From contig NC_069002.1 of assembly GCF_001194135.2 (NCBI RefSeq), forward strand, positions 18,069,655 to 18,113,197: DNA of 43,543 nucleotides, given 5' to 3'. The position numbers and the translations under genes are program-made. This document shows positions 1 to 13,079 of the stretch, piece after piece. Positions within the stretch are counted from its first letter, which is position 1; every line of letters starts with the position of its first letter. This DNA is from Octopus bimaculoides. Lineage: Eukaryota. The notes under the pieces were generated by a model. It was not told where the DNA came from, searched no databases, and was given only the letters and a program-made list of their open reading frames with translations.

Positions 1-204
1 TTTTTATGACGGCTTCTCTTCACTGCCTATTACTTCATTAGAAATCTATGGATGCACATATGCACATAATAGAGAAAAATTAAACAAATATGGACGACTT
101 GCTCCGCAACACCATCGAGTGCGGAACACTTCTCAAAAGTAACCTGCAGTTGTTTCCTTCAAAATTCCTACATGCTCGAAATGTACATACATCAAGGTAT
201 ATTT

Positions 205-430
205 GTAGAAAATTTCATGAAAAAATATTCATTTTCCTGGAAGTTAAGTGAAAATTTAAGTGGAATTTCCGAAAATTGGCCCCCACCCCCTCCCAAAACA
301 CTTTCACCGAAAATTTTTGTATATTCGGAATCTACATAATAAATAATATATGCATAAAAGATTTCATAAAAAAAAATATTCATTTTTCTGAAAATTATGA
401 CCTTCCAAAGTTGGGGGGTACAACTTTGTA
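205..430. repeat. Non-autonomous repeat fragment (related copy near 33390-33590)
   Basis: The motif aaaaatattcattttYctgRaa occurs at about 222 and 371. Its reverse complement (cataacttccagaaaaatgaatatt) occurs at about 33408. Class unknown. Confidence 0.4.
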
Positions 431-973
431 GTTATGCCACATTGACGAACATGAGTTATATTTTTGTGAATGATTGTGTTTACTTGCACGTGTATGCGTT
501 TGAGAGAGTGAGAGAGGAAGAGGGGGAGAAAGGAATAGAGAATGTGAGCAATGTGTATGTTGTTGTCACAGATCACGTATGTGTGGGTGTGTGTGGTTTT
601 TATGTATCAATGTTATGAAAAATCAGTAAAGAATACTGAGAGGAAAGTTTAATCTATGACTTTGTATGTATCACCTTCTCTCTCTCTCTCTTTCCCTCTT
701 TTACTCTTACTCTCTATATTATATGTTGAGCACGTGTGTAAGAACGGCATTCCAGGTAGAAAGGAAGAAATATAAAAGTTGCAAGAAACAACAGCCAAAT
801 CTCCCTTAAATCACACAAAGTAAACGGAATTTAAAAAATCTAATTACTGCACTGTATAGTTCACATCGAGAAAATTCCATTGATGTCAAAATTTTTACGA
901 AAAAGTGGAAAATGTGGATTTCTATAGATACAACACACACACACATACTCACAAACTCAGCTATATATATATA

Positions 974-1125
974 CAACAGGCTTCTTTCAGTTACTGTCTA
1001 CCAAATCCACTCACAAGGCTTTGGTCAGCCTGAGGCTATAGTAGAAAATACTTGCCCAAGGTGCCACACAGTGGGACTGAACTCAGGACCATGTGGTTGG
1101 TAAGCAAGCTACTTACCACACAGCC
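974..1125 (-). mobile_element. tRNA-derived SINE, 5' part
   Basis: Minus-strand head ggctgtgtggtaagtagcttgcttaccaaccacatggtcctgagttcagtcccac with A/B-box-like motifs. Near-identical copy at 9766-9925. Confidence 0.75.
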
Positions 1126-1410
1126 ATACACATACATATGCATATATACATACATCATCATCATCATCATCGTCGTTTAACATCTGCTTTCCATGCTAGC
1201 ATGGGTTATATACATATGCATGTATATATGCATATGTATGTGTATATATATATATATATATATAAATGAAAAAATTTCCTGTTTTACAGAGAAAAGGTTT
1301 CAACAAAATGTTAAAACTAAAAATTTTTCTAAAAAACATTGTTATTTTAAAGAATGTTGAGCCTTCAAANNNNNNNNNNNNNNNNNNNNNNNNNNNNNNN
1401 AAAAAAAAAA

Positions 1411-1930
1411 AAAAAAAATTAATAGGTATTGTGTTGCACTTTTTGAAAAAATAATAGATTTAATAATAAATTCTTCTCTTCTCGTTCTCCTCTTTTCTTT
1501 CCTTTTCTCTTCTCCATTCCATTTTTCAATCCTTTCTCTTCTCTGAGTCATCAGCTTCATTCCCAGACCTATCTCTCCTTCATGCTTCTCTCTCTTCCAT
1601 GCTTCTCTCTCTTTCATGCTTCTTCTCTCTCTTTCATGCTTCTTCTTCTCTCTTCTTCATTCCATTATTCACCTCCTTCCATCTTACCTCTTAAATAGAT
1701 CATTATCCTTCTTCCTGGACCTACCTTTGTTCCATATTTCCCCCCATCCCCCTCTTTTTCCTCTTCTTTCCTCTACTCCATTATGTCTACTTCCATCCGT
1801 CATCCCCATCAAGTACATCTAAATATAAAGAAATGAAGTGGTGGTTTCCCCCAACTTTAAAAATAAGATTTGTTTGCTAATGAGAAGAGCATTTCAAAAA
1901 GTGCAACAAAATGCCAATTAAATTTTTTTT
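1411..1930. repeat. MITE-like element: imperfect ~35-bp inverted repeats around a CT-rich core
   Basis: aattaataggtattgtgttgcactttttgaaa (about 1417-1448) versus the reverse complement of tttcaaaaagtgcaacaaaatgccaattaaatt (about 1892-1924). The interior 1480-1810 is polypyrimidine-rich. Confidence 0.5.
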
Positions 1931-1952
1931 ACTTTTTCACTTCTGTATAAAT

Positions 1953-2005
1953 CATATATATATATATATACACATATAGATATATACATACATATAGATA
2001 TATAT

Positions 2006-2064
<59 letters not shown>

Positions 2065-2113
2065 TACATATATACATACATACATATAGATATATACATA
2101 CATATATATATAT
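1953..2113. repeat. (AT)n/(CA)n compound microsatellite
   Basis: Seen directly. Similar tracts at about 23040-23090, 24850-24930, 35520-35580, 40255-40341 and 43479-43543. Confidence 0.95.
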
Positions 2114-2115
2114 AG

Positions 2116-4235
2116 ATAGGAGGACCAAAGACTTGAAGTATTTTATGTTGCAAGACAGTGTGTGAGAGAGAATCGTGATGTCGTGGGAGAGAAATGTGTT
2201 CGCATGGATGATGGTACACTAAACGAGGCTCCAAAGAAAGAGGTTTGGAGATGCCACTATGAAAGATTGCTCAATAAAGAGAATGAATGGGAGAAAGAGA
2301 GTCTGCCGAATGTCGACCTAACAGAGCGACCAGCCATCCGAATTGACAGTAACCATGGTAGATAAAGCAATTAAGAGTATGAAGACAGGGAAAGCCCCAA
2401 GCCCATCAGGAATCACTGCAGAGATGCTCGAAATATCTGGTAGTGTCGGCTATAGCCTAGTCACCTGTATTGTTAATCAGGTGATACACGAAGGAGTCAT
2501 ACCCAATGACTGGTGTAGCAGCATCATAGTCAACTGCTACAAAGGTAAAGGTGACGCTTTAGATACAAATAATAACAGAGGTATCAAGTTGTTAGATCAG
2601 GTAATGAAAGTCACGGAGAGGGTCATAGCCCAACTAATTAGGGAGAGAGTCAGTTTAGATGAGATGCAGTTTGGGTTCGTGCCAGGGAAAAGCACCACTG
2701 ATGCTATATTTCTGGTAAAACAGCTGCAGGAGAAATCCCTAGCCAAGGATAATCCTCTGTACCTGGCTTTCGTTGACATGGAGAAAGTCTTTGACAGGGT
2801 CCCCTGATCCCTTATCTGGTGGTCAATGAGAAAACTAGGGATAGAAGAATGGTTAGTNNNNNNNNNNNNNNNNNNNNNNNNNNNNNNNNNNNNNNNNNNN
2901 NNNNNNNNNNNNNNNNNNNNNNNNNNNNNNNNNNNNNNNNNNNNNNNNNNNNNNNNNNNNNNNNNNNNNNNNNNNNNNNNNNNNNNNNNNNNNNNNNNNN
3001 NNNNNNNNNNNNNNNNNNNNNNNNNNNNNNNNNNNNNNNNNNNNNNNNNNNNNNNNNNNNNNNNNNNNNNNNNNNNNNNNNNNNNNNNNNNNNNNNNNNN
3101 NNNNNNNNNNNNNNNNNNNNNNNNNNNNNNNNNNNNNNNNNNNNNNNNNNNNNNNNNNNNNNNNNNNNNNNNNNNNNNNNNNNNNNNNNNNNNNNNNNNN
3201 NNNNNNNNNNNNNNNNNNNNNNNNNNNNNNNNNNNNNNNNNNNNNNNNNNNGTAGTCGATAGCTTCCGCTATCTGGGTGACCAAGTTAGTAGTGGGGGAG
3301 GGTGCGCTGAAAGTGTATCTGCTAGAATAAGAATACCCTGGGCAAAGTTCAGAGAGCTCTTACCTCTGCTGGCGACAAAGGGTCTCTCACTCAGAGTAAA
3401 AGGTAGACTGTATGACGCATGTGTACGAACAGCCATGCTACATGGCAGTGAAACATGGGCCGTGACTGCTGAGGACATGCGTAAGCTCGCAAGGAATGAA
3501 GCCAATATGCTCCGATGGATGAATAATGTCAGTGTGCATACCTGACAGAGTGTAAGTATCATGAGAGAAAAGTTGAACCTAAGAAGCATCAGTTGTGGTG
3601 TGCAAGAGAGACGATTGCGCTGGTATGGACATGTGGCGAGAATGGATGAGGATAGCTGTGTGAGAAAGTGCCACACCCTAGCGGTTGTGGGAACCCATGG
3701 AAGAGGCAGGCCCAGGAAGACCTCGGATGAGGTGGTGAAGCACGACCTCTGAACATTAGGCCTTACCGAGGCAATGACTTCTGACCGAGACCTTTGGAAA
3801 TATGCTGTGCGTGAGAAGACCCGGCAAGCCAAGTGAGACCAAAATCCAAGGCCTCTGCCTGGGGTGTAGCCAGCCCACTTACGCGTAACATTCCTTCTTT
3901 GGATAGTAAACTCCACTTGCGAAGACCTGTTGAGGCAAGTGAAATCGAAATCGAACTAAATTTGTAGACTGGCACCCATGCCAACGTCTCTTCATTCAAA
4001 ACTAAACTCGGCTTGCGAAGACCTGTTGGGGCAAGCAAAAGCGAAATCGTGAAGGCACCTGTACCAGTAGATCACTAAGAGCACCGTCTGAGTGTGATTG
4101 TTGCCAGAGCACCAGCTGTCTGGCTTCCGTGCCAGCGGCAGGTAAACAGCACCATTTGAGTGTGATCATTACCAACGTCACCCTCCTGGCACGTGAAAAG
4201 ACATTCGATCGAGTTCGTTTACAGTACCGCTGGAC
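2116..4235 (+). mobile_element. RTE-clade LINE, 5'-truncated and decayed (RT region, ORF2 C-terminus, 3' UTR)
   Basis: RT motifs KGKGDALD..RGIKLL, QFGFVPGKSTTDAI and AFVDMEKVFDRVP. After the gap: VDSFRYLG, MLHGSETW, RLRWYGHV, GRPRKT. Contains stops and frameshifts and is split by the N gap 2858-3251. Confidence 0.9.
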
Positions 4236-4884
4236 NNNNNNNNNNNNNNNNNNNNNNNNNNNNNNNNNNNNNNNNNNNNNNNNNNNNNNNNNNNNNNNNN
4301 NNNNNNNNNNNNNNNNNNNNNNNNNNNNNNNNNNNNNNNNNNNNNNNNNNNNNNNNNNNNNNNNNNNNNNNNNNNNNNNNNNNNNNNNNNNNNNNNNNNN
4401 NNNNNNNNNNNNNNNNNNNNNNNNNNNNNNNNNNNNNNNNNNNNNNNNNNNNNNNNNNNNNNNNNNNNNNNNNNNNNNNNNNNNNNNNNNNNNNNNNNNN
4501 NNNNNNNNNNNNNNNNNNNNNNNNNNNNNNNNNNNNNNNNNNNNNNNNNNNNNNNNNNNNNNNNNNNNNNNNNNNNNNNNNNNNNNNNNNNNNNNNNNNN
4601 NNNNNNNNNNNNNNNNNNNNNNNNNNNNNNNNNNNNNNNNNNNNNNNNNNNNNNNNNNNNNNNNNNNNNNNNNNNNNNNNNNNNNNNNNNNNNNNNNNNN
4701 NNNNNNNNNNNNNNNNNNNNNNNNNNNNNNNNNNTATTTATAAAATATATAGTCAATTGGCTAGTTTGTTTCTTCTCGCTAGACCACTGGTACCAAAAAG
4801 AATTTCTAAATTTTTTTGCTACCCTGAGATTTATTAATAATGATATAATGATTTACACACACACACACACACACACATATATAT

Positions 4885-5946
4885 TCTGGGCAAAGTTCAG
4901 TGACAAAGGGCCTCTCACTCAGAGTAAAAGGTAGACTGTATGACGCATGTGTATGAAGAGCCATACTACATGGCAATGAAACATGAGCCATGACTGCTGA
5001 GGACATGCATAAGCTTGCAAGGAATGAAGCCAGTATGCTCCGCTGGATGTGTAATGTCAGTGTGCATACACGACAGAGTGTAAGTACCTTGAGAGAATAG
5101 TTGGACCTAAGAAGCATCAGGTGTGGTGTGTGAGAGAGATGACTGCACTGGTATGGTCATGTAGTGAGAATGGATGAGGATAGCTGTGTGAAAAAGTGTC
5201 ACACCCTAGCGGTTGAGGGAACCTGTGGAAGAGGTAAATCCAGGAAGACGTGGGAAGAGGTTGTGAAGCATGACCTTCAAACATTAGGCCTCACTGAGGC
5301 AACGACTAGTGACCAAGACCATTGGAAATATGCTGTACTTGAGAAGACCCGGTATGCCAAGTGAGACTATAACCCGTGGCCTATGCCAGTGGTGTAACCA
5401 GCCCACTTATGCGTACCTTTCTTTTATTGGACACTAAACTCTACTTGTGAAGAACTGTTGAGGCAAGTGAAATCGAAATCAAATTCGTTGATATGGCCGA
5501 TGACAGCACCGCCTGACTGGCAGCCTTGCTAGTGGAACGTTAAGAGCACCATTCGAGTGTGATTGTTGTTAGGGCCGCTGACTGGCTCCCGTGCCGGTGG
5601 CATGTAAAAAGCACCATCCAAGCGTGATCGTTACCAACGTTACTGGCACATGAAAAACATTTGAACGAGGTCATTGCCAGTGCTGCTGGACTGGCTCCTG
5701 TGTAGGTGGCACGTAAAAAACACCATTTTGAGCATGGCCATTGCCAATACCGCCTGGCTGGCCCTCGTGCTGGTGGCATGTAAAAGCACCCACTACACTC
5801 TCGGAATGGTTGGCATTTAGGAAGGGCATCCAGCTTTAGAAACTCTGCCAGATCAGATTGGAGCCTAGTGCACCCATCTGGCTCACCACTCCTCAGTCAA
5901 ACCCATGCCAGCATAGAAAGCGGACATTAAACGTTAATGATGATGA
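4885..5946 (+). mobile_element. RTE LINE 3' fragment with full 3' UTR and (ATG)n tail
   Basis: RMDEDSCVKKCHTLAVEGTCGRGKSRKTW matches the ORF2 end of the 2116-4235 copy. It ends ...gcggacattaaacgttaatgatgatga. Confidence 0.88.
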
Positions 5947-6795
5947 CATGTAAAAATATATTCATATACATATGTATACATGTAAAAATATATTCATATA
6001 CATATGTATACATATAAATATATACATATTTGTGCATACATATATATATAAACATACACATATACATAGGCACACACACACACACACACACACCAGTGTT
6101 GTACACCACCACCCTGCTATGTGTGCCTCTCCTTCACTGTTGAGTGATTTCATTTGTTTGTCTTTCTTTCCCTCTCTCTCTCATTCTTCTACCCCTTCTC
6201 TTACACTTGTATCTGTGTGTCTCTCTCTTCCTCTATATTTCTACCTAACATAGCATACCTCACATAGCAAATGTACACATACACACACACACAAAGAAGT
6301 ACTTAAAACATTTCATAGGCAATTATTAAGAAATAGAAACATGACATTTGTTGTTTGCATTATACTCGTTTCAGTATGCGAGAGTGAGATGAGGGCATGA
6401 GGTATATTAATTGACAATTACTGTTGTTTAAACCCAGGTCAACTGTAAGTGAACAATCCTATGATTATAAGTTCACCACCTATGGTATGGTTTTCTTTCA
6501 ATTAATGTTGAAAATAATAAAAATTTTTTGTAAAAATAACTATTATTAAACTAGTATTAGGAACAAATTAACATGAAATTAATTTAAATCACTTAAAAAA
6601 ACAGGAAGTTTGTATCGAAGAACTGGATGAGTGATAGTCTCGGGTAGATTAGTATTAAAAAAATTAGACATATTTTTCACTCAATTTGTTATTTTAACGT
6701 AATTAGCTAAAACAAAGCATTTAGCCTGGCATCATACTGTTTATAACCTCAACAGATATCAAATATAAAAATAATTACAAAATCATGTGGAAAGG

Positions 6796-7560
6796 ATCAT
6801 CATCATCGTTTAACGTCCGCTTTCCATGCTAGCATGGGTTGGACGATTTGACTGAGGACTGGTGAAACCGGATGGCAACACCAGGCTCCAGTCTGATTTG
6901 GCAGAGTTTCTACAGCTGGATGCCCTTCCTAACGCCAACCACTCAGAGAGTGTAGTGGGTGCTTTTACGTGTCACCCGCACGAAAACGGCCACGCTCAAA
7001 ATGGTGCATCTCATGTGCCACCCGCACAAGCCAGTCCAGGGGCACTGGCAACGATCTCGCTCGAAAATCCTACAGGAGCCAGTCAGGCGGTACTGGCAAC
7101 GGCCACGCTCNNNNNNNNNNNNNNNNNNNNNNNNNNNNNNNNNNNNNNNNNNNNNNNNNNNNNNNNNNNNNNNNNNNTCATCGCCTCGGTGAGGCCCAAT
7201 GTACGAAGGTCTTGCCTCACCACCTCAGCCCAGGTCTTCCTGGGCCTACCTCTTCCACGGGTTCCCTCAACTGTTAGGGTGTGGCACTTTTTCACGCAGC
7301 TATCCTCCTCCATTCTCACCACATGTCCATACCAGCGCAATCGTCTCTCTTGCACGCCACAACTGATGCTTCTAATGTTCAGCTTTTCTCTCAAGATACT
7401 TACACTCTGACGGGTATTCACATTGACATTACACATCCAACGGAGCATACTGGCTTCATTCCTTGCGAGCTTACGTATGTCCTCAGCAGTTACAGCCCAT
7501 GTTTCACTGCCATGTAGCATGGTTGTTCGTACGCATGCGTCATACAGTCTGCCTTTTACA
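6796..7560 (-). mobile_element. RTE LINE 3' fragment, minus strand
   Basis: ORF 7083-7520 encodes MLHGSETWAVTAEDIRKLARNEASMLRWMC...GRPRKTW. On the plus strand the tail reads (cat)n cgtttaacgtccgctttccatgc at 6796. Confidence 0.9.
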
Positions 7561-7608
7561 GGATATCTTTTTTAAACATATTGAAATAAGTAAACCTCTG
7601 TGTATGTA

Positions 7609-8866
7609 CGAGGCAGGGCTGAGAAGTTCATAGGCTGGCTATAAAGGAGTAATGTTAAAGCTGTGAAATCTTGCATGCAATAATTTCTCCTCTCGCTATT
7701 CATATCTGCATTGATTTTTTCCAGGTAAACTGACATCTGAGTGCTCAAAAAAGACTTCAAAAGTAACTAGTAGCAACTTCTCTTGAAAATGGACAAAATT
7801 TGGCATCATGGTGTTATCAAGTACCTGCAGAAAAAGGGTTTAGCTCCCAACAATATCTATGCAAATATGGTTGCTACATTAGGGGATGACACACTAGTTT
7901 TACCAACAGAGCAAAAGTGGGCTGTTGAATTTAGGAGGGTAAGGGAGAGTCTTGAAGACAATCCAAATTTGGACATCCTGCAACTGCCACCACCAAGGAA
8001 AACATCGATCATCTTCATCACATAATGATGGATGACAAGCGATTGACTATAAATCAAAGAGCCAATGCTTTCAGTATATCCTGTGAGAGAGTTGAATATA
8101 TTTTCCACAATGAACTTGGTATGACACAGATTTCTGCTCGGTGGGTGTCACATCTGACACCTGATCAAAAGTGCACTAGACTGATCACATCACAGGAAAA
8201 TCTGACACTGAGGCAGATCCAGCTGGTTTCCTCAAACATTTCCTAACCCAAGATGAGTGTTAGCTTCATTACTTTGAACTAGAGACAATCCATGCAGTGG
8301 AAACACACCTCCTCACCTGCTTCAAAGGAGGCCAAGGTAGTTTCATCTGCAGGGAAGGTGATGGCCTCAGTTTTTTAGGATGTAAAAGGCATTGTGTTTA
8401 TTGACTACCTTCAAAAGGCTCACACCTTCAGTTGAGAGTACTATATCAACTTGCTGAGGTAGTTGCAAAAAGCTATCAAGACCAAACACTGAAGAAAACT
8501 GAAAAAAGGAGTTTTATTTCATCAGCACAATGCTCCAGCACACAAGTCCTTGCTTTCAATGGCTGCTGTGTGTGACTTTGGCTTTGAACTTGGTTGATCA
8601 CCCTCTCTATTCTCATTTGTCTCCAACATGGATAAACACTTGGCTGGGAACCAGTATCACAGTGATGATGATGTTATGTCTGTTGTCAATGACTTTTTTG
8701 ACCAGCAGAATGAAAGCTTCTCCACCAACTGGATCCAAACACTACAAACAACACTGATGGAAGAACTGTGTGAACTGCAATAGGAACTATGTAGTAAAAT
8801 TACCCTTATCTGGTTACAATTCATGAGAGTATCCTGGTCAGCCTATGAACTTCTCAGTCGCCCCCC
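7609..8866 (+). mobile_element. Near full-length decayed mariner element
   Basis: TA followed by cgaggcagggctgagaagttcataggctg, with the inverted copy cagcctatgaacttctcagtcgcccc at 8838-8864. Transposase fragments MDKIWHHGVIKYLQKKG, ISARWV, TQDE and FHQHNAPAH carry stops and frameshifts; the second catalytic D reads H. Confidence 0.9.
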
Positions 8867-9489
8867 CCCCNNNNNNNNNNNNNNNNNNNNNCCCCTATGT
8901 GTGTGTGTGTGTGATGACTAGGATTTACAATGCATAAGCTGTTACACATCCAACTGTACTTGACAGACTACATATCAGTCTTTTGAAAGAAACATTTTAG
9001 TGAATTCACAAATCAGAACACTTCAAAAAGTGGGTTATTAAAATTAGTTTTTATATTCCTAAAAACAGACATCCTATTAAAATTTACATGCCATAGTTGG
9101 GATTTAGGACAGCATATACACATATTCTATGACAACCCACAAACCATAAAACAAAATTTAGGACAATACACATACACATTTTATGACAATCCACACATTA
9201 TAACCTATATTAACAATAATATACACATTTTATTGTGTCTTGGTCCATCATTTAATCTATCCAGCCATCGACTTCCATTTTTTATTGGTATTTTTGTATT
9301 TTCTGATCTTCTGAACCTGATGGCACAACTTTATCTCTTACCTTTATCCCTCAAAGTAATTTATCTAGTGCTATAAATCAGTGCTTCACTAAATTTTAAC
9401 CATTGTCCCTCCTTTCTTTTACTGCCCCCTTTGCTACTATGCAGGACTACCCCACCATTTGTTAATTAATGCAATATCAATCAGTCCAG

Positions 9490-9930
9490 AGTAATTTAGT
9501 TTCACATACTAGTTTACTCTTTTACTTGTTCCAGTCATTTGACTACGGCCATGCTGGAGCACCGCCTTTAGTTGAGCAAATCGACCCCAGGACTTATTCT
9601 TTGTAAGCCTAGTACTTATTCTAGGTTATGCTAAATTATGGGGACGTAAACACACCAGCATCGGTTGTCAAGCAATGTTGGGTGGACAAACACAGACACA
9701 CAAACATATACACAAACATAAATACATATATATATANNNNNNNNNNTATATATACATACATATACACAACAAGCTTCTTTCAGTTTCTGTTTACCAAATC
9801 CACTCACAAGGCTTTGGTCGGATTGAGGCTATAGTAGAAGACACTTGCCCAAGGTGCCACACAGTGGGACTGAACCCATAACCATGTGGTTGGTAAGCAA
9901 GCTACTTACCACACAGCCACTCCTACACCT
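9490..9930 (-). mobile_element. tRNA-derived SINE, full-length-like, with internal (AT)n
   Basis: The head at 9766-9925 matches the 974-1125 copy. The body and tail run down to tttactcttttacttg at about 9492. Confidence 0.7.
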
Positions 9931-10599
9931 ATAGATTGATGAAGGTGACTCCATATCACAGTCATCATTCTACAATGAGCAAAGGTAATACATATTCAGG
10001 TTTGTCTACTTATTCACATTTCAAAGTCTATGTTTATTATTGTTGATAAGCACAAATGTTGATGCAGTTGATTTGACCCTATCTTAAAATTGCTGGCCTT
10101 GTGCCAAAATTAGAAAGAATTGTTGTTGATGTGTGGCTATTATGATTATTGTTCATGTGAGGATTATCATATTACATTAAAATTTCTTAGCTTTAATATT
10201 TTAATACCAAAGATTAAGAAGAAAAAAATTACTCATGCATTTACCACGTGCCACTCACTTTGTCCTCAGTACCCATATAAAATTTTCTTTCCCTAGGGGG
10301 CAGTACTCACTCTGCAACAACTGCACCAACATCCACTCTGAGCCAACAAGAGAGTTTCAACATTGTCACTCTAGAATTGCTAGAAATAGCAGCCAAATTT
10401 CCCTCCAAATGAAACCCAACATTTTAAAATATGAAGGACACATTGAGTAATGCAGTCTTGAGATATACAAAACAAGCAGCATGACATCGTGAAGTATATT
10501 TGCCATCTAAATGTGGCTGACCCATATGGGACGATGCTACTGTAGTTTATAGTGCTGCTACTGTTTACATCTCGCTCAGAGATTTATTATTGCTTGTTT

Positions 10600-12845
10600 C
10601 TCCTTTTTTAAAATCAGCGATGGTTTGTCACTGGAAAAAGTGTATAGTATTTTGCGTTTGGAATCACTTCTCGTCCCTAGCCAGTGATTGTCACATGTTG
10701 ATGACAGGTTACTACTCAGAAACCCGGGTCTGTGTGTATCACGTAAGACTAGAGATGGGAATGATGATTTCCTTTCGCAAATACTGATCGGGTACAGACA
10801 GTGTGTTGTTAGCCAGCTGGAGAAGATGTCTTCCTGGGGCATGGATGGTGGCTCACTTGCATTTAATGATGCTGCAAAGAAAGATACTTGGAGACAACAC
10901 TATGAAAGGTTGTTAAATGTGGAGAATGAATAGGACAAGGAAAGTCTGCCAAATATTGACCCAACTGAGGAACCAGCTATCCGAATCAACAGTACCTTTG
11001 TAAATAAACAATTAAGGGTATGAAGACAGGGAAAGCCCCTGGCCTATCGGAAATCACTGCTGAGATGCTAAAAATATCTGGAGGTGTAGGCTATAGTCTA
11101 GTCACCCATATAGTTAACCAAGTGATACATGAAGGTATCATACCCAATGACTGGTGTAGCAGCACCATAGTCAACTGCTACAAAGGTAAAGGTGACACCT
11201 TAGATAGAAATATTTATACAGGTATCAAATTGTTGGATCAGGTGATGAAAGTTATGGAGAAAGTCATAGCCCAACTAATTAAGGAGAGAGTTAATTTAGA
11301 TGAGATACAGTTCTGGTAAGACAGTTGTAGGAGAAATAGCTGGTCAAAAAATAAACCTTTGTACTTGTCTTTTGTTGACATGGAGAAAACCTTTGACAGG
11401 GTCCCCTGATCCCTTGTCTGGTAGTCAATGCAGAAACTAGGGATAGACAAGTGGTTGGTGAGAGCTGTACAAGCCATGTACAGGGATGCTGTCAGTAAGG
11501 TGAAGGTTGGCAATGAGTATAGTGAATAATTCAGGGTACAAGTAGGAGTTCACCAAGGATCAGTCCTCAACTCCCTCTTGTTCATAGTCCTCTAGGCAAT
11601 AACATAGGAATTCAGGACAGGCTGCCCCTGGGAGATCCTCTATGCTGATGACCCTGTTTTTATAGCTGAATCACTACCAGAACTAGAGGAGAAGTTTCAG
11701 GAGTGGAAGTAAGGTCAAGAATCAAAGGGCCGTAGATAACCTAGCAAAAACCAAAGTCTTAATAGGTGGGAAAGCAGACAAATCACAAATCCCTTCAGGT
11801 AGATGGCCCTGCTCAATCTGTAGAAAAGGTGTAGGTAGAAACTCCATAAGATGTACCTGGTGGAAAACTATGGGCACGTAAGAGGTGCAGCAATATCAAA
11901 GGAAGGCTAACTAGGAAGATAGTTTGTGTATGTGGAAGGCGCACAGGAATAATTAACACTAAAAATGTAGAGAAAATAGATTCCATCAACTGCCAGGGGG
12001 GAAAACTAAAAGTAGTTGATAGCTTCCATTACCTATGCGACTCAGTCAGTGGCAGAGGTGGAAGCTCCAAGAGTGTAGCTGCTAGAATAAGAATAGGCTG
12101 GGCAAAGTTCAGAGAGTTCCTACCTCTTCTGGTCACAAAGGACCTCTCACTCAAAGTGAAAGGCAGACTGTATGATGCCTGTGTGCGAACAGCCATGCTA
12201 CATGGCAGTGAAACGTGCATAGGCTTGTAAGGAATGAAGCTAGTATGCATTCACTAGATGTGTAATGTCAGTGCGCATGCACGACAGAGTGTAAGCACCC
12301 TGAGAGAAAAGTTGGGCATAAGAAGCATCATATGTGGTGTGCAAGAGAAACGACTGCACTGGTATGGTCATGTGATGTGAATGAATGAGGACAGCTGTGT
12401 GAAGAAGTGTTGCACTCTGGGTGTGGAGGGAACTTGTGGAAGAGGCAGACCCAGGAAGATATGGGACGAGTTGGTGAAGCATGATCTTTGAATGTTGGGC
12501 CTCACAGAGGCAATGACAAGCTACTGAGACCTTTAGTGATATGCCGTGCTTGAGAAGATCTGTCAAACCAAGTGTGATCGTAGTCATAGTCAATGCCAGT
12601 GTCACGTAACTGGCCTATTAAAAGCACCCTTCAAACGTTGGACGATATGCTGTGCTTGTGAAAACCTGTTGAATCGAGTGAAATTGTAGTAATGGCTAAT
12701 GCCAGTGCCATTTGACTGGCACGTAAAAGCACCGTTCATATGTTGGGCCTCATGGAGGCAGTGACAATCAACCAAGATCTTTGGCAATATACTGTGCTTG
12801 TGTAGACCTGTGAAACCAAGTCTTGTGGCCGATGCTGGTGTGAAG
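10600..12845 (+). mobile_element. RTE LINE, decayed RT with YADD motif and 3' UTR
   Basis: MKTGKAPGLSEITAEMLK..NCYKGKG. TAT GCT GAT GAC (YADD) at 11641-11652, then a VVDSFHYL-like motif and MLHGSET. Many in-frame stops. Confidence 0.9.
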
Positions 12846-13079
12846 TCAATGGTACATAAAAATCTTTTTAGAGAGTAGTGTTATGGTTTACAGTTATAAT
12901 ATTTAGAGACAGATTTTTTTCAAAATGTTAGGATTAAGAAAGAAACTTTTTTAGAGAGTAGAATGGCACTAACCTCCAGGAAGAAATTTCACAAATTGTG
13001 TATAAAGTGTAATAAATGTCCAAGCACTTTCACTTCTCAAGTTATAAAGCAGGTGTTATGGTAGAAGATATAGATGTTA

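Noticed and set aside
1342-1822. ORFs from CT/GA-rich and (AT)n tracts (also 1918-2234, 22234-22559, 38310-38800)
   Set aside because: Low-complexity translation artefacts.
5500-5800. Repeat-spacer-like array suggesting CRISPR
   Set aside because: Degenerate, irregular modules inside a eukaryotic LINE 3' UTR, with no cas genes and no unique spacers of constant length.
9100-9210. Short local tandem duplications (about 55 bp here, 17 bp at 16220-16260, about 32 bp at 5947-6010)
   Set aside because: Ordinary slippage products in AT-rich intronic DNA with no further structure.
10311-10370. 60-nt minus-strand segment bounded by ctag| and |gtgagt
   Set aside because: It abuts a SINE remnant, does not fit the phase-1 requirement in a frame that resembles SNX8, and has no pyrimidine tract.
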